Shown piece by piece: positions 45,390 to 47,211 of a stretch of DNA of 47,211 nt. Source of the stretch: Bacteroidia bacterium (lineage in GTDB: Bacteria; Bacteroidota; Bacteroidia; B-17B0; Aurantibacillaceae); contig JBIISW010000001.1 of assembly GCA_044340865.1 (NCBI GenBank), forward strand, positions 1-47,211, given 5' to 3'. The position numbers were made by a program, and so were the translations under genes. The notes beneath the pieces are model-generated. The model worked only from the letters and a program-made list of their open reading frames with translations. It did no database searches and was not told where the DNA came from. The number at the start of each line of letters is the position of its first letter. Position 1 is the stretch's first letter.

Positions 45390-46745
45390 ATGAATATTAA
45401 AACAATTAAAAATTACGCCGTTGTGTTTTCTATGACCTTTGCTCTATTAACAGCAAAGGGTCAAAACGCTGGCTCGTCTAATTACAGTCTGAAGCAGGCT
45501 ATCGATTATGCATTTAAAAATAGTCCGAACTACCTTAATGCAGAATTGGAAATACAAAATTCTAAATACAGAAAAAGAGAAGTTCTTGGTGTTGGTCTTC
45601 CTCAAATTAACAGCAGTGTAGATTTAAAAGATTATATTGATATTCCTACTTCTTTATTACCTGGTCAATTTTTTGGAGCTCCTGCGGGTACTTTTATTCC
45701 TGTAAAATTTGGAACGAAATATAATGCAACCGCTGGCTTTAGCGCTTCTCAATTAATTTTTAGTAGCGATTATATTGTTGGTGTTAAAGCAGCTAAGGAA
45801 TTAATAAATCTTTCCACTATCAATGTAAATAGAAGTAAAACAGAGTTGGTTTCTTCTGTATCAAAAGCTTACTACAATGTTATTGTTAACAAAGAACGCA
45901 TCAAACTTTTAGATGCGAATATAGTTAAACTAAAAAAAATATTTGATGACACAAAAGCCTTTAACCAAGAAGGTTTTGTTGAGCAAATTGATTTGGAAAG
46001 ATTAGAAGTTCAGTACAATAATTTAGTGGTTGAAAAAGAAAAAACGGATCGCCTAATTGGTTTATCAGAAAATTTATTAAAATTTCAAATGGGTTATAAA
46101 ATTGCTGAACCCATCGTTTTAACTGACTCTCTTACATTTGAAAATAATGATGTGGCATCTTTACTTTCAGGAAAAATGGATATCAGTAAACGTGCGGATT
46201 ATCAGTTATTACAAAGTCAACAACGATTATATCATTTAGATTTAAAACGTCAGCGTTTGGGTTACTTGCCTACAATGGCAGCTTATGGTTCTTACCAATT
46301 TAATGCGCAACGTCAAAAATTTGACTTCACGGACGGCAGTCAATCTTGGTTTAAAATTTCATTAATTGGCGGAACAGTTAACTTAAATATTTTTGATGGA
46401 TTGCAAAGACATAACCGAATTCAACAAGCAAAAATTGCAGTTCAAAAAGGTGAAAATAATTTAAAAAACATTGAGTTAGCTGCGGAAATTGAAGCAAGTA
46501 TTTCTGAAGTTACCTATATTAATGCATACGCGTCTTTACAAACACAAAAAAGAAATATGACTTTGGCTCAACATGTATTTGATGTGTCTCAAAAAAAATA
46601 TGAGCAAGGAGTTGGCAGTAATCTCGAAATCACAAATGCACAAACTGCATTAAAAGAGGCTCAAACGAATTATTATAATGCTGTTTATGATATGATTGTA
46701 TCAAAAATAGATTTTCAAAAGGCAACAGGAACATTAATTAAATAA
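45390..46745 (+). CDS. TolC family outer-membrane efflux protein
   Basis: Signal peptide and two OEP-type repeats (SLKQAIDYAFKNSPNYLNAELE..., coiled-coil-rich, ending ...TALKEAQTNYYNAVYDMIVSKIDFQKATG). Confidence 0.85.
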   Translation: MNIKTIKNYAVVFSMTFALLTAKGQNAGSSNYSLKQAIDYAFKNSPNYLNAELEIQNSKYRKREVLGVGLPQINSSVDLKDYIDIPTSLLPGQFFGAPAGTFIPVKFGTKYNATAGFSASQLIFSSDYIVGVKAAKELINLSTINVNRSKTELVSSVSKAYYNVIVNKERIKLLDANIVKLKKIFDDTKAFNQEGFVEQIDLERLEVQYNNLVVEKEKTDRLIGLSENLLKFQMGYKIAEPIVLTDSLTFENNDVASLLSGKMDISKRADYQLLQSQQRLYHLDLKRQRLGYLPTMAAYGSYQFNAQRQKFDFTDGSQSWFKISLIGGTVNLNIFDGLQRHNRIQQAKIAVQKGENNLKNIELAAEIEASISEVTYINAYASLQTQKRNMTLAQHVFDVSQKKYEQGVGSNLEITNAQTALKEAQTNYYNAVYDMIVSKIDFQKATGTLIK

Positions 46746-46774
46746 ATTTTTAAATAAAAAACAAAACCACACAC

Positions 46775-47211
46775 ATGAAAAATACCATTTTATTCGTCGT
46801 AATTGCCTCTATCGCTATAGCTTGCAGTACACCAGATAAAAAAGCTGAATTAGAAAAGCTAAGAACTGAAAAGGCTGCCATAGAATCTAAAATTACTACC
46901 TTGGAAGAAGAGTTAGCGAAATCAGATACAACTAAAATAAAATTAATTGACATTGTTGCAATGCCTTTAATGCCTCAAACGTTTAAAACATACATTGAAG
47001 TGCAAGGAAGAATTGATGCTGATGAAAACGTATCATTATCCTCAGAAATGCCTGGAACTGTTACAAAAATTAATGTAAATGTTGGTGATGAAGTAGTTAA
47101 AGGACAGGTGTTAGCTGAAACAGATACACGTATTGTAACACAACAAATTTCTGATTTACAAACTAATTTAGATTTAGCAACTCAAGTTTATCAAAAACAA
47201 AAAAACTTATG
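46775..47211 (+). CDS. Efflux RND-type periplasmic adaptor (membrane fusion protein) lipoprotein, 3'-truncated by the window edge
   Basis: My own translation from ATG 46775 gives MKNTILFVVIASIAIACSTPDKKAELEKL...FKTYIEVQGRIDADENVSLSSEMPGTVTKINVNVGDEVVKGQVLAETD. This has a lipobox (IAC) and the biotinyl-lipoyl-like hairpin motif of adaptor subunits. It is missing from the ORF track because it has no stop inside the window. Confidence 0.8.
   Translation, partial: MKNTILFVVIASIAIACSTPDKKAELEKLRTEKAAIESKITTLEEELAKSDTTKIKLIDIVAMPLMPQTFKTYIEVQGRIDADENVSLSSEMPGTVTKINVNVGDEVVKGQVLAETDTRIVTQQISDLQTNLDLATQVYQKQKNL

Noticed and set aside
46750-46953. 67-aa minus-strand ORF after the TolC gene
   Set aside because: The plus strand from ATG 46775 encodes a lipoprotein with clear membrane-fusion-protein motifs and stays open to the window edge. 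The minus ORF is its antisense shadow.
1-47211. CRISPR arrays, tRNA/rRNA genes, transposases, integrases, prophage or classical defence-island genes
   Set aside because: No intergenic gap exceeds ~175 nt. No spaced direct repeats are present. No ORF has recombinase, nuclease-helicase or methyltransferase motifs. The single GC-rich intergenic element (512-570) is a simple hairpin without tRNA-like arms.

Overview
This is an AT-rich chromosomal segment, and the gene content points to Bacteroidota (Flavobacteriia/Cytophagia-like). Evidence: T9SS type A and type B sorting domains, PorQ, two PorP/SprF genes, and DUF4783/DUF4476-type families. Coding density is very high. I found no rRNA, tRNA, CRISPR array, transposase, integrase or prophage signature.

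About two thirds of the window is ordinary housekeeping: recJ, yebC-family, nadC, rlmH, ruvX, queA, mgtE, ubiX, saccharopine dehydrogenase, a nucleoside phosphorylase, and a TetR-TolC-adaptor efflux locus running off the 3' edge.

Four loci stand out:
1. Central locus, 19477-26421, minus strand. A 2034-aa receptor (periplasmic propeller + Y_Y_Y, 7 TM helices, PAS/GAF array, C-terminal PP2C/SpoIIE phosphatase) is followed by two divergent DUF1987 (SiaC-like) genes. The window has no SiaB-like kinase gene and no recognisable output gene. I rank this as the best candidate for an undescribed signalling (partner-switch) system.
2. 28889-30190. A cytoplasmic LRR + eukaryote-like kinase fusion starts on the base after the mgtE stop codon.
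3. 33477-44624. A tightly packed five-gene T9SS operon: two paralogous type-B-CTD giant surface proteins, each with its own PorP/SprF gene, plus a TPR/PD40/OmpA protein.
4. 673-3248. A ChlI/ChlD-like AAA+ and VWA pair with no chelatase H subunit.

All domain calls come from reading motifs in the translations by eye. No database search was possible.
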